Origin: Promethearchaeota archaeon Loki_b31
Lineage (GTDB): Archaea; Asgardarchaeota; Lokiarchaeia; Sigyniarchaeales; SOKP01
Reading direction: 5' to 3'
Assembly (NCBI GenBank): GCA_005222975.1
Contig: NJBI01000034.1
Coordinates: 1 to 38,318, forward strand
Length of the DNA stretch: 38,318 bases
This document shows positions 1 to 9,262 of this stretch, piece by piece; the stretch's first letter is position 1, and the number at the start of each line of letters is the position of its first letter. Below the pieces are notes generated by a model that saw nothing but the letters and a program-made list of their open reading frames with translations, was not told the origin of the DNA and did no database searches. Both the position numbers and the translations under genes were made by a program.

Positions 1-237
1 TAAGTGAGTGATTTTTATGATATTTTTTGTCTATTAAAAAGGAAGTGATATCCAGATATGTATCTTCATTTGAAGAACTTTTAATAAATTATACTTAATA
101 TACCGAATTAAGTGAATTATGTACTAGAAGCGATTTTTTTGAATTTTCTTTTCATAATAATATTTCAAAATCGAAAAATTATTTTTGTTAGAATGATTAT
201 TACATTTAGTAGAAAAAGTAAAAAAAGGTAAACTAAA

Positions 238-651
238 ATGGATATAAACAATTATCATGAATTATTAGACAAGGGATATGAAAATATCCCCGACAACGTA
301 AAGAAATTGTCTAGATTTGAAATACCAAAAGTTCAGATAAGAATAGAAGCTAAGAATACCTATATTACAAATTTTAATAAAATTATCAATACTTTAAATC
401 GCGATCGAAAACATTTCATTGTTGAGTTTTTGAAAAAAGTAGGTACAATGGGAGAAATGAGGGGAAAACATCTATTTTTAAAAGGAGTTTATAAAGAGCA
501 AGTTTTAAATCGGTTAATTGAATTATATTCTAAAACATATGTATTATGCAAAATTTGTAATAAACCTGATACAGAAATTCAAAGAGAAGGGAAAAAAAAA
601 TTTCTTAAATGCACCGCTTGCGGAGCACATGAAGAAATAAAAGAAAAATAA
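238..651 (+). CDS. eif2b: translation initiation factor aIF-2 subunit beta
   Basis: RFEIPK...TYITNF..I...LNRD motif and C-terminal C2-C2 zinc ribbon (YVLCKICNKPDT...LKCTACGA) typical of a/eIF2-beta. Confidence 0.95.
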   Translation: MDINNYHELLDKGYENIPDNVKKLSRFEIPKVQIRIEAKNTYITNFNKIINTLNRDRKHFIVEFLKKVGTMGEMRGKHLFLKGVYKEQVLNRLIELYSKTYVLCKICNKPDTEIQREGKKKFLKCTACGAHEEIKEK

Positions 652-672
652 ATATAGTTTAATGATTGCCAG

Positions 673-969
673 ATGAGAGTATATCTTAAAATCCATCGTC
701 GAAATGGTATCGATACGGTTGCATGTTGCGATGAGTTGTTATTAAACCAAATTTTTATTGAGGGCAATTTGAAAATTGAAATTAGTGATCGCTTTTTTGG
801 GGGCGATCTTCTTAGCATAGATAAGGCAGTAGAATTGTTAAAAAATGCGTCGTACTTTAATATAGTGGGTGAAAATATAACCAATAAGGCAATTGCCCTT
901 AAAATCCTTTCTAAAGAAGGAGTTAAAAAAATTAGTAATATTCCAATGGCAATAAAAATGATGTTTTAA
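673..969 (+). CDS. DUF424 family protein
   Basis: VACCDELL...ISDRFFGG...NIVGE motifs; usual neighbour of aIF2-beta in archaea. Confidence 0.85.
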   Translation: MRVYLKIHRRNGIDTVACCDELLLNQIFIEGNLKIEISDRFFGGDLLSIDKAVELLKNASYFNIVGENITNKAIALKILSKEGVKKISNIPMAIKMMF

Positions 970-1886
970 TGCCTCATAGATTTTGTGCAATATGTGGAAC
1001 GGCTCTAGAAGAAAAAGCACCTTATTTTAGTATGTGCCTTAACTGTTTTTTAAAAGAAAATCCATTATTCGAATTACCAAAAAGTATCAGTTTTAAAATG
1101 TGCAGCGATTGCAGGAAATATTCAAAAAAAGAAGAATGGATTGAACCTGCTGAAAATGAGTTATTTCCTATTATAGAAGAGATAATATCTCGATTTTTAT
1201 TAAAATCTTATTTAAAACAAGATTTAATCACCTTTTCATTCTCATTTGAAGAATTAATGTTTACTCAAAAAGATTTGTTATCTTCTTTTGATCTTACAAT
1301 TACAGGAACTTTGAGGGAAGATCATAAAATAACTCATCAACAAACGATAAAAGTCAAAATAAATTACGAATTATGTAAAAATTGCTCTAATTTAAGAGGG
1401 GGGATGTATTTTTTATCAATTATTCAATTACGGGTAAAAAATGAGAATCAATTTGAGATTATTAATAAAGTTTTGGATGATATCCTTTATCTTGTAGAGA
1501 ATATCTTTAAAAAAGACGATAAACAATATATTTCAAAAATGGAAGATCAAAAACTTGGTGTGGATTTGTATTTAAGTACGAATGAGTTAATGAAACACAT
1601 AGTTTCACATTTAAAGTCAAAATATAATTTTATTTTAAAAAGAACAAAAAAGCTAGTAGGGAGAGATACTCAAAAGGGAAGAAATCTCTATAGATTAAAA
1701 ACACTTATAAAATTTTTACCAATTAAAAAAAATGACTATATTTTTATAAACAAATCCAAATATTTTGTAGAGAATATTACCAAAAATAGGGTTTTATTAA
1801 GAGATGAAAACCATGTTAAACTCATAAAAAACTTTTCTTTTTTTGATGATAAAAAATCGTTTAAAAGGATTATGGATGGGGATTAA
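969..1886 (+). CDS. nmd3: NMD3 family ribosome maturation protein
   Basis: FCAICG...CLNCF, CSDC, LCKNCS...YFLSIIQLR, GVDLY, KLVGRD...YR motifs; start overlaps upstream stop (TAATG). Confidence 0.9.
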   Translation: MPHRFCAICGTALEEKAPYFSMCLNCFLKENPLFELPKSISFKMCSDCRKYSKKEEWIEPAENELFPIIEEIISRFLLKSYLKQDLITFSFSFEELMFTQKDLLSSFDLTITGTLREDHKITHQQTIKVKINYELCKNCSNLRGGMYFLSIIQLRVKNENQFEIINKVLDDILYLVENIFKKDDKQYISKMEDQKLGVDLYLSTNELMKHIVSHLKSKYNFILKRTKKLVGRDTQKGRNLYRLKTLIKFLPIKKNDYIFINKSKYFVENITKNRVLLRDENHVKLIKNFSFFDDKKSFKRIMDGD

Positions 1887-2738
1887 GTGGAGAAAAAAAA
1901 CAATGGTTTTATTGATGAAGATGAGGAAGAACTTGAAAGAGAAGTTTCAAATGATGATTTTAATAAAAAATTAGATGATTTGGAAAAAAAGAAGATTGAT
2001 TCAATAAGAATTAAAAAAATTGATCAAACTAAAAAAAGAGCCACTGTAGATTCTGTTTTTGATGAAAGAATGTATTTCCATGTAAATAAATTATTAAAAA
2101 CTGGACGTTTAAACAGAATTGAAGGGATAATTTCCGCAGGTAAGGAAGCAAATGTTTACCTTGCTTACGGTGAAAATAATCGCGAAGTTGCGATAAAGAT
2201 TTATAAGATTGATAGTAATACATCAAGATGGATGAGAAATTATATTATAGGAGATCCTAGATTTAAAAAAATACCACATAACATATCAAAAATTATATTT
2301 TTATGGGCAGGTAAAGAGTTTAAAAATCTTAAAAGGGCTTATAGAGCAGGTTTGAGCGTACCTGAGCCAATCTATATAAAAAATAATATTTTAATCATGG
2401 AATATATTGGTTTTGGATCAATTCCTGCACCAAAACTTAAAGATATAAAGTTTCCAAAGGAACCTATTAAACTATTAAATGAAATTCTTGGTTTTATTAA
2501 AATCTTATATCAAAATGCGAACTTAGTTCATGGTGATTTATCCGAATTTAATATTTTATATCATAATCAAAAACCAATTGTAATTGACATCTCACAAGCA
2601 GTCACTACACATCATCCAAAAGCAGAAGTTTATTTAGTGAGAGATATTAAGAATGTTTTTAATTATTTTGAAAAAATCGGAGTTGAAATTCCTAATCCAG
2701 AGGATTTTTATTACGAAGTTATAAATTTAGATAAATAA
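1887..2738 (+). CDS. rio1: RIO1 atypical serine/threonine kinase
   Basis: ISAGKEANVY, AIKIY, KEFKNL, LVHGDLSEFNIL, IDISQAV motifs; GTG start directly after the nmd3 stop. Confidence 0.95.
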   Translation: MEKKNNGFIDEDEEELEREVSNDDFNKKLDDLEKKKIDSIRIKKIDQTKKRATVDSVFDERMYFHVNKLLKTGRLNRIEGIISAGKEANVYLAYGENNREVAIKIYKIDSNTSRWMRNYIIGDPRFKKIPHNISKIIFLWAGKEFKNLKRAYRAGLSVPEPIYIKNNILIMEYIGFGSIPAPKLKDIKFPKEPIKLLNEILGFIKILYQNANLVHGDLSEFNILYHNQKPIVIDISQAVTTHHPKAEVYLVRDIKNVFNYFEKIGVEIPNPEDFYYEVINLDK

Positions 2739-2784
2739 AAAAATAAACTTTCATTATTGAAGGTACTAAAGTTAAAATAGAATT

Positions 2785-3342
2785 ATGAAAATAGGAAAAA
2801 ATAGAATTGCGGTAATAATTGGAAAAAACGGTGAAACTAAACGAGAAATTGAAGAGTCACTGGGAGTTAAGATTAATTTGGACAGTGAATCTGGAGATTG
2901 CGAAGTGAGACCTGTTATAGGGCACCCAAAATATAATCCCCTTAATATCTTTATTGCTCAAAAAATGATTAATGCTATAAACAGAGGATTTAACCCAATT
3001 AAAGCTATGAAGCTTCTAGACGAAACATATGATATAGAAGTTTTTAATTTGTATAGCATATTAGGAAAATCTGAGAAGAAAATAAAAAGATTAAAGGGGA
3101 GGATTATTGGTAGGAATGGTGAAATGAGAAAAGCAATCGAAAGATTTGCCGAGAGCCATGTATCTGTCTATGGAAAAACAGTCTCAATCATTTCCGATTA
3201 TGAGAATTTACAAATCGCAAGAAAAGCAGTAAGTATGATATTGAGTGGGATGCCTCATCACTCGGTACTAAAGTATTTAGAAAATAAATACAACGATAAA
3301 AAGAAGGAAGAATTTAAAAAATTATATAAGCCTCAATTCTAA
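2785..3342 (+). CDS. KH-domain pre-rRNA processing protein (Dim2/Pno1 family)
   Basis: Two KH GxxG motifs (IIGKNGETK; GRIIGRNGEMR), INAINRGF; follows RIO1 as in other archaea. Confidence 0.92.
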   Translation: MKIGKNRIAVIIGKNGETKREIEESLGVKINLDSESGDCEVRPVIGHPKYNPLNIFIAQKMINAINRGFNPIKAMKLLDETYDIEVFNLYSILGKSEKKIKRLKGRIIGRNGEMRKAIERFAESHVSVYGKTVSIISDYENLQIARKAVSMILSGMPHHSVLKYLENKYNDKKKEEFKKLYKPQF

Positions 3343-3408
3343 CTAACGTTTTTAGCTTTCTTTATATTTGGACATTTGTTTCACATTGAGTTGAAATAGT
3401 TATGAACC

Positions 3409-3762
3409 TTACAACAACAATTTCTTGATATTTCCTAACATATCTTTTCCATATATAATTTGCTTTAATTCACTTAAAAGATTAGAAATAGAGTAAATAC
3501 TTTCATTAACATAAAGCTCCTTATAAGACTCACTTTTGATTTTATCAAAATTTATCTCAAAACTTTTAATCGAAAAACTTTCCTTAGAGTAAGGTTTGAA
3601 AATCACTATACATCGAGGATACATGCTCTTTTCTCTTAGATATACAGCCCATCCTTCAAAAAAATATTTTACCTTGATAGAAAATAAATTTTCCCACTCA
3701 AATAGACTTTTTAAAACTGTACTTACTTCTTTTTGGGTTTTAGAGCAATATTTTGGATCCAT
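3409..3762 (-). CDS. hypothetical protein
   Basis: 117-aa ATG-initiated ORF filling the intergenic space; no recognised motif. Confidence 0.65.
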   Translation of the reverse strand: MDPKYCSKTQKEVSTVLKSLFEWENLFSIKVKYFFEGWAVYLREKSMYPRCIVIFKPYSKESFSIKSFEINFDKIKSESYKELYVNESIYSISNLLSELKQIIYGKDMLGNIKKLLL

Positions 3763-3829
3763 ATAATTAATTAAAGAAATGAATTTAAAAAGGAGTAGTA
3801 AAAATTACATTAATCAAAAGCATACGATT

Positions 3830-6382
3830 TTAACTACTATTATTTTTCCCTTTCTTCTCTTCATTTTTAAAAGTATTGATATAATATTCTAATGATGATT
3901 TATCAGGTTGATATTTTAATATATCCATTATAAGATCGGATTTAGGATTCTTAATATATTCTTCAAGCTTTTTATGTCCGTAATTGTAATTATTCCTAAG
4001 AATCTCTTTATTTTTATCTGCTATTAAGTCCAATCGATCCTTAAGTTTGGGAATATGTGTTGCTGATTTTGCCAAACTTATACAGTCAAAAAAATCTTCT
4101 CTGATTTTTCCTTTATAACCAAAAAAATTTGCAAAACTCACTGGATCTAAAATTTTAACATTTTTTCTAAAAGGAATATTTTCAGGAATGGGGCGTGGTG
4201 AATTTGCATGTGTAGGCATTAACATCAACATCTTATTCCTCCCTTGATAACCTCGTAGACAATGATCTATAGTATAAGTTTCTGAATTCCCAAGGTAATA
4301 GTCTATATTAATGATTTTTATTCTATCATTTTCGTTCCGAAGTAATTGGTTTTCATAGAGTTGTTTGGTTTCAAAAGATAATTCCTTAAATTTTTCATTT
4401 ATATGAATAGTGTTGTCACAATGCTTAAGACCATATTTTTCGTAGAAATCATTAAAACTACTTCTTTCAGTTTTAATATTAGTAAATGGTTCATAAAATG
4501 AGCTGCATCCAATTTCTCTTGTATGTTGCATAAATATTCGCTTATTTAACCAGTGAATATTATCTCCAACTTCATGAGAAATTGAAAGTTCATGAAGAGC
4601 CAATCCCGCTTTTCTAGTAATCTCACTATATCTAATATCATTATATTGCATTGCATTATAGATTTCTTTTTTAATTAAATTATAAGGAGGAGCAATACCT
4701 TCTTTAAAATCATGTTTTTCTTTAAATTCTTTGCTATTAATACATTCCTTTAAACTTTCTGCTAATTTTCCAACTTTTTCCTTATGCGTCAATGGTTCTC
4801 CATTTTCATTAAAATCATAAATGTATCTGACACTTCTATAATGTTTTATGGCTTTTAAGGCCTGATCTCTGCCCAATTCATCAAAAGCATTATTATTTTT
4901 AATACTTTTTTCTAAATTTTGAAGTGAATTCCGTATCACTTGATTGCCAATTCTTAAGGTATCACTAATTTGAATGTATCCGATATTTTGTCCCACTTCC
5001 CTATAAGATACATCCTCTACTCTTTTTCCTAACTTTTCTGCGAGAACATTTCTTAAACTCTCAAAAAGTTCTCTCTCTGGGGCATTTCTAATATTATTTC
5101 GATCGGTATATCCCCTTACCTCCTTGAACTTATTAATAGCCTTTAAGGCAGTTTCCTTGCCTTTTTCACTTAATTCTCTGCCCTCTCTAATTTTTTCTTC
5201 TATTATATTAATAGAATTTAACCTCAACTTGCTATTATTATTTAGAGATGGAGATATTTCCTTATATCCAATATTAAGCCCCAACTCCTTATTAGACACT
5301 TCTTCTGCTCTTTTTCCTAACTTTTCTGCAAGAACATTTCTTAAATTCTCAAAAAGTTCTCTCTCTGGGGCATTCCTATCAATATTTTGATCGGTATATC
5401 CTCTTACCTCCTTGAACTTATTAATAGCCTTTAAGGCAGTTTTGTTGTCCATTTCACTCAATTCTCTGTCATTTCTAATAGTTCTTTCAATTTTGTTAAT
5501 AGAATGTTGCGTCAATCTATAGTGATTTCTTAAAGTACCAGTTATTCCTGTTTTTCCTATGTGTTGTTCTAGTTCTTTATATGACACATCCTCTACTCTT
5601 TTTCCTAACTTTTCTGCGAGATTATTTCTTAAACTCTCGAAAAGCTCTCTCTCTGGGGCACTCCTATCAATATTTTGATCGGTATATCCTCTTACCTCCT
5701 TGAACATATTAATAGCCTTTAAGGCAGTTTGTTTGCCCTTTTCACTTAAAAAAATATCATTTCTTATTGCAGTTTTAATATTTTTTATTGAATTCCGTTT
5801 CAATTTCCTACTATCATTTAAAGTGATGTTAATATTATTATATCCTATATTTTTTCCTAATTTAGTATTACTGATTTGTTTTCCCAACATGCTAGAATAA
5901 ATTTGACGAAGGTTATCGAAGAGTTCTTTCTCTGGTTTAAATACATGTAGTTCAATTTTATTTCTGAGTTTACCTGGTTTAACCTGTGGACATTGGATTT
6001 TATGGTTTGGCTCTTTCTGTATATCTATCTTTCGGGGTTTAATTTTATTCCTGGGCTTACCTGGTTTAAACTGTCGAGGTTCTATTTTATTGATTGGCTC
6101 ACGACCGGGGTCAAATGTAGGGCGTTCAATTTTATTTCTGGGTGGAGTTAGAGGGTTTGATTTTTGACGTTGGATTTTATGTCTTGGTTCTTTCTGTATA
6201 TCTAGCTTTCGGGGTTCAATTTTGTTCTTCGGTTTGTCTCTCGGCTTTTGGCGCGATCCCTCGATTTTTTTATCCTTATAATCAGTTTTATTTTTTTTTG
6301 GCGTGTCGTCTGGTTTTGAAGCGATTTCATCCTTTTCGGCTTTCTCGGTATTAGGTTCCGAATTGGGTGCGTTGAGGTCCAT
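3830..6382 (-). CDS. modular repeat protein: Pro/Lys-rich short repeats, four ~96-aa HTH-like modules, possible C-terminal nuclease domain
   Basis: 850-aa ORF with GGTGTGA SD-like sequence upstream; internal repeats visible at protein and DNA level; function inferred only. Confidence 0.85.
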   Translation of the reverse strand: MDLNAPNSEPNTEKAEKDEIASKPDDTPKKNKTDYKDKKIEGSRQKPRDKPKNKIEPRKLDIQKEPRHKIQRQKSNPLTPPRNKIERPTFDPGREPINKIEPRQFKPGKPRNKIKPRKIDIQKEPNHKIQCPQVKPGKLRNKIELHVFKPEKELFDNLRQIYSSMLGKQISNTKLGKNIGYNNINITLNDSRKLKRNSIKNIKTAIRNDIFLSEKGKQTALKAINMFKEVRGYTDQNIDRSAPERELFESLRNNLAEKLGKRVEDVSYKELEQHIGKTGITGTLRNHYRLTQHSINKIERTIRNDRELSEMDNKTALKAINKFKEVRGYTDQNIDRNAPERELFENLRNVLAEKLGKRAEEVSNKELGLNIGYKEISPSLNNNSKLRLNSINIIEEKIREGRELSEKGKETALKAINKFKEVRGYTDRNNIRNAPERELFESLRNVLAEKLGKRVEDVSYREVGQNIGYIQISDTLRIGNQVIRNSLQNLEKSIKNNNAFDELGRDQALKAIKHYRSVRYIYDFNENGEPLTHKEKVGKLAESLKECINSKEFKEKHDFKEGIAPPYNLIKKEIYNAMQYNDIRYSEITRKAGLALHELSISHEVGDNIHWLNKRIFMQHTREIGCSSFYEPFTNIKTERSSFNDFYEKYGLKHCDNTIHINEKFKELSFETKQLYENQLLRNENDRIKIINIDYYLGNSETYTIDHCLRGYQGRNKMLMLMPTHANSPRPIPENIPFRKNVKILDPVSFANFFGYKGKIREDFFDCISLAKSATHIPKLKDRLDLIADKNKEILRNNYNYGHKKLEEYIKNPKSDLIMDILKYQPDKSSLEYYINTFKNEEKKGKNNSS
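4811..5938 (-). repeat. tandem coding repeat, 4 units, period 288 nt (first unit 279 nt)
   Basis: ctctctctgg anchor at 5071, 5359 and 5647 with a degenerate copy at ~5926; recurring peptides APERELFE.LRN.LAEKLGKR and TALKAINKFKEVRGYTD. Confidence 0.93.
5939..6232 (-). repeat. about seven 14-15-aa P-x-[NH]-K-I-[EQK] repeats
   Basis: PKNKIEPRKLDIQKE / PRHKIQRQKSNPLTP / PRNKIERPTFDPGRE / PINKIEPRQFKPGK / PRNKIKPRKIDIQKE / PNHKIQCPQVKPGK / LRNKIELHVF. Confidence 0.85.
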
Positions 6383-6801
6383 TAGTAATCACACCAGGCT
6401 TTTTTTTTTTAACCTTTTAAAATTTATTAATAAATTTAAAAATTAAAATTATTTAAAGAAAAAATTCAGCGTGAATAAAATTCTATTACTTTTATCACGG
6501 AAAATCAAGAAAACTATACTTAGACTACATAATCCTATTAATATAATTAAATAAATGATGTAAAACTGTGCTGACTCTAAATATCCAATCATTATAATCT
6601 CTTTCGAAAGAAGCTATAAAAACACCTCAATTAAAATTAAAATGATAATTCTTAATTTACCTTCATCGTCAATAATAAAAAGAAAACTAAGGTTAGAAGA
6701 CTTCAAGTCTTTTAGAACCTATTGCGTTCAATCCAGAGTATATCTTAATCTTAAGAATACAATAAAAAAACCCAAACTAATCAATAAAGACAAGATTGGA
6801 T

Positions 6802-7917
6802 TTAAGTTCCATAAGAGATTTCTTTAATATTATAAATATCGCTTGATAATTTATTTCCAATTTTTTTATTAGATATGTTCTTGTTACTAAATGATTGAAC
6901 GGGTGATATATCTTTTCCAAAAATCTGCGGTGATTTAATACCAGTTATAAGGAGCATAACTCTTAAATATCCCTCGTACTCATCGTTTACTCGGGCACCC
7001 CAGATTACCATCGCGTTGTTCACATCCATTTTTTCAGAAATTTTTTTTGCTACAGAATTTGCTTCTGCGAGGGTCATATCGTTTCCTCCACAAATATGAA
7101 TTAAAGCACCCTTTGCGCCGTCAATAGATACATCTAGTAATGGTGAGTTGAGTGCGTCTTCAATAGCCTCTTCCACACGGTTACTTTTATTGCCAGATTC
7201 ACCCACTCCCACAATTGCTACACCTCCCGTACTTAAAATGGTCCTAACATCAGCAAAGTCTAAATTAATTAGTGAAGGTAAAGAAATTGTTTCAGTTATT
7301 CCCTTTACCATCGTTGCTAAAACTTCATCGGCGACGCTAAACGCCTCTATGATCGGTAAATCTGGAGCAATGTCTAAAAGGCGATTATTATCGATTACTA
7401 CTAGTGTATCCGCATATTTCTTTAATTCATTAAGTCCCATTTGAGCTTTTTCTATTCGTCCTATTTCAGTATCAAACGGTAATGTGACTACGCCTACAAC
7501 TATTGCCCCTTCAAGTTTGGCTATTTCAGCTACTATAGGTGCGCTTCCGGTCCCAGTCCCCCCACCTTCTCCACAGGTAATAAAGACTAAATTAGCTTCT
7601 CTTAGTATCTTTGTTAAATCTTCACGTGATTCTTCTGCTGCTGCTCTACCAATGTCTGGATTACCACCTGCACCTAAGCCTCGTGTTAAATTTTTACCTA
7701 TTAACAGTTTTATGTGGGACTCAACGCTTTCTAAATGTTGGAGATCTGTATTTACTGCTACGCATTTTGCTCCCTTTATTCCTATTTTCATTAACCGGTT
7801 AATGGTATTGTTTCCAGCTCCTCCGCATCCAACAATTTTTATATTAGCGTAACCAAAATTTTCGCGAGTTGGTCTGATTACTTCTCTCTTTCGAGCATTT
7901 CTTATTAGAGATTCCAT
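6802..7917 (-). CDS. ftsZ: cell division protein FtsZ
   Basis: GCGGAGNNTINRL, GLGAGGNP, tubulin signature GEGGGTGTG, T7 loop INLDFADVR. Confidence 0.97.
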   Translation of the reverse strand: MESLIRNARKREVIRPTRENFGYANIKIVGCGGAGNNTINRLMKIGIKGAKCVAVNTDLQHLESVESHIKLLIGKNLTRGLGAGGNPDIGRAAAEESREDLTKILREANLVFITCGEGGGTGTGSAPIVAEIAKLEGAIVVGVVTLPFDTEIGRIEKAQMGLNELKKYADTLVVIDNNRLLDIAPDLPIIEAFSVADEVLATMVKGITETISLPSLINLDFADVRTILSTGGVAIVGVGESGNKSNRVEEAIEDALNSPLLDVSIDGAKGALIHICGGNDMTLAEANSVAKKISEKMDVNNAMVIWGARVNDEYEGYLRVMLLITGIKSPQIFGKDISPVQSFSNKNISNKKIGNKLSSDIYNIKEISYGT

Positions 7918-8032
7918 TAAAAAACAACAGATTGTTTTATATGTGTTATAGAAATAATATAAATGAAATTTTAGAATTAATATAATATCCTCATATTATT
8001 TGCAAATTACAAAAAAGAACAATTTTAAATTA

Positions 8033-9262
8033 TTAAGTTAGGGAAAAATCATAATTTCTCAAAGGATCAAAAATTTCGGTAATAGTTCTATTCTTAACAA
8101 GAATTATTTTAGGGAGCGTATATGGAAACCGATTAGAAAAAGTCAGAGTATACGCTCCGACATTAGTAACCATTACAATATCATTTTCTTTTAAATATTT
8201 AGTAAAAAAATAGTTTTTCGCTAATACATCTTGATCAGTAGGCACAATTCCAGCAATTGAAGTTTTAAATTTATGTGGTTCGTTGATTTTTGATGCATTG
8301 TAAAATCTTAAAGAGCACTTTGCGAATTTGGGACAAATGTGATTTCCTATATCTAAAAAAATCCATCTATCTTCAGATACCTTAATAATTTTCGCAAGAA
8401 ATATACCAGCATCTCCAATAAAATAGCGTCCTGGTTCAAAATATATGTTTTTAAAATTGAACTCAGAGTTACTTAAGGTTGAGTTTATATTATTCGCTAT
8501 TTCTCTTAATTGGGTTTCTGGCATTATAACTGCTTCCGGAAAACCGCCTCCTAAATTAATATTTTCTACATTAATCCCAGCATCTGATAAAATTTTAATA
8601 TTTTCTATGAGAGATTCTACATTTTTTTTAAATTGTCCAAAATTATTCATTTGAGTAGAATAATGAGATAAAATCGTTATCAATTTGATGTTTTCACATT
8701 CTTTTACTAAATTTGTTAATTTTGTTAATTTAGATTTGTCTAATACGATTCCTAATTTACTCCCATATTTTTGAGAATTAATTCTAATACATATATTTTG
8801 AATTTTATGATATTTTTTAGCAATCGAGTTAATTTGAATTAAATCGTTTAAGTTATAGACTATAATTTCTTTTATGTTCTCTTGTATGCATTTTTCGATG
8901 AGATCATGTGGTAAATAAGGTCCTCCTACAATAATTTTGTTTGGGAGAAATTGCAATTTTAACGCTAAATTTAATTCAGGTAATCCGATTAATTCAGCAC
9001 CTATACCTTCCGATTGAATAATTTTACAAATTTCTGGGAGAAAATTGGCTTTAAATGAATAAAAACATTGAAAATTTTTAAAAACTGATTTAAATACTCT
9101 ACAAAAGGAGTTAATATTATCTCTAACCCTATTTTCTAAAAAAATCATCAATGGAGTTGTTGAATTACTTAAAATATCGTTGAGTAAAATCGTATCAATT
9201 AATACATTTCCCTCTTTTTTATTTAAATAGGGATTTCCAGATATTTTCTTCAATTTAATCAA
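8033..9262 (-). CDS. PLP-dependent group IV decarboxylase (diaminopimelate decarboxylase LysA-like)
   Basis: FYSFKAN (PLP lysine), SKLGI, INLGGGF, FEPGRY, NVGAY; substrate uncertain. Confidence 0.85.
   Translation of the reverse strand: MIKLKKISGNPYLNKKEGNVLIDTILLNDILSNSTTPLMIFLENRVRDNINSFCRVFKSVFKNFQCFYSFKANFLPEICKIIQSEGIGAELIGLPELNLALKLQFLPNKIIVGGPYLPHDLIEKCIQENIKEIIVYNLNDLIQINSIAKKYHKIQNICIRINSQKYGSKLGIVLDKSKLTKLTNLVKECENIKLITILSHYSTQMNNFGQFKKNVESLIENIKILSDAGINVENINLGGGFPEAVIMPETQLREIANNINSTLSNSEFNFKNIYFEPGRYFIGDAGIFLAKIIKVSEDRWIFLDIGNHICPKFAKCSLRFYNASKINEPHKFKTSIAGIVPTDQDVLAKNYFFTKYLKENDIVMVTNVGAYTLTFSNRFPYTLPKIILVKNRTITEIFDPLRNYDFSLT

Noticed and set aside
1-237. Possible gene end at the window start
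   Set aside because: The frames I checked close quickly; treated as an intergenic/promoter region.
4811-5938. DNA repeats as a CRISPR array or a DGR template/variable repeat pair
   Set aside because: The period is 288 nt and in frame within a CDS; there are no cas or reverse transcriptase genes in the window, and the differences do not look adenine-specific.
6440-6800. Expected secE downstream of ftsZ; a ~47-aa hydrophobic minus-strand ORF (MIGYLESAQFYIIYLIILIGLCSLSIVFLIFRDK...) and the 61-aa plus-strand ORF
   Set aside because: No SecE motif is visible. Short hydrophobic ORFs arise easily in AT-rich DNA and this may be a decayed remnant; the support is insufficient.
7148-7852. Antisense shadow ORFs over ftsZ (and similar ones over tfb, the aldolase, transposase, pfkB, thermosome and the surface protein)
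   Set aside because: They fully overlap well-supported genes on the opposite strand or in another frame and have no motifs.
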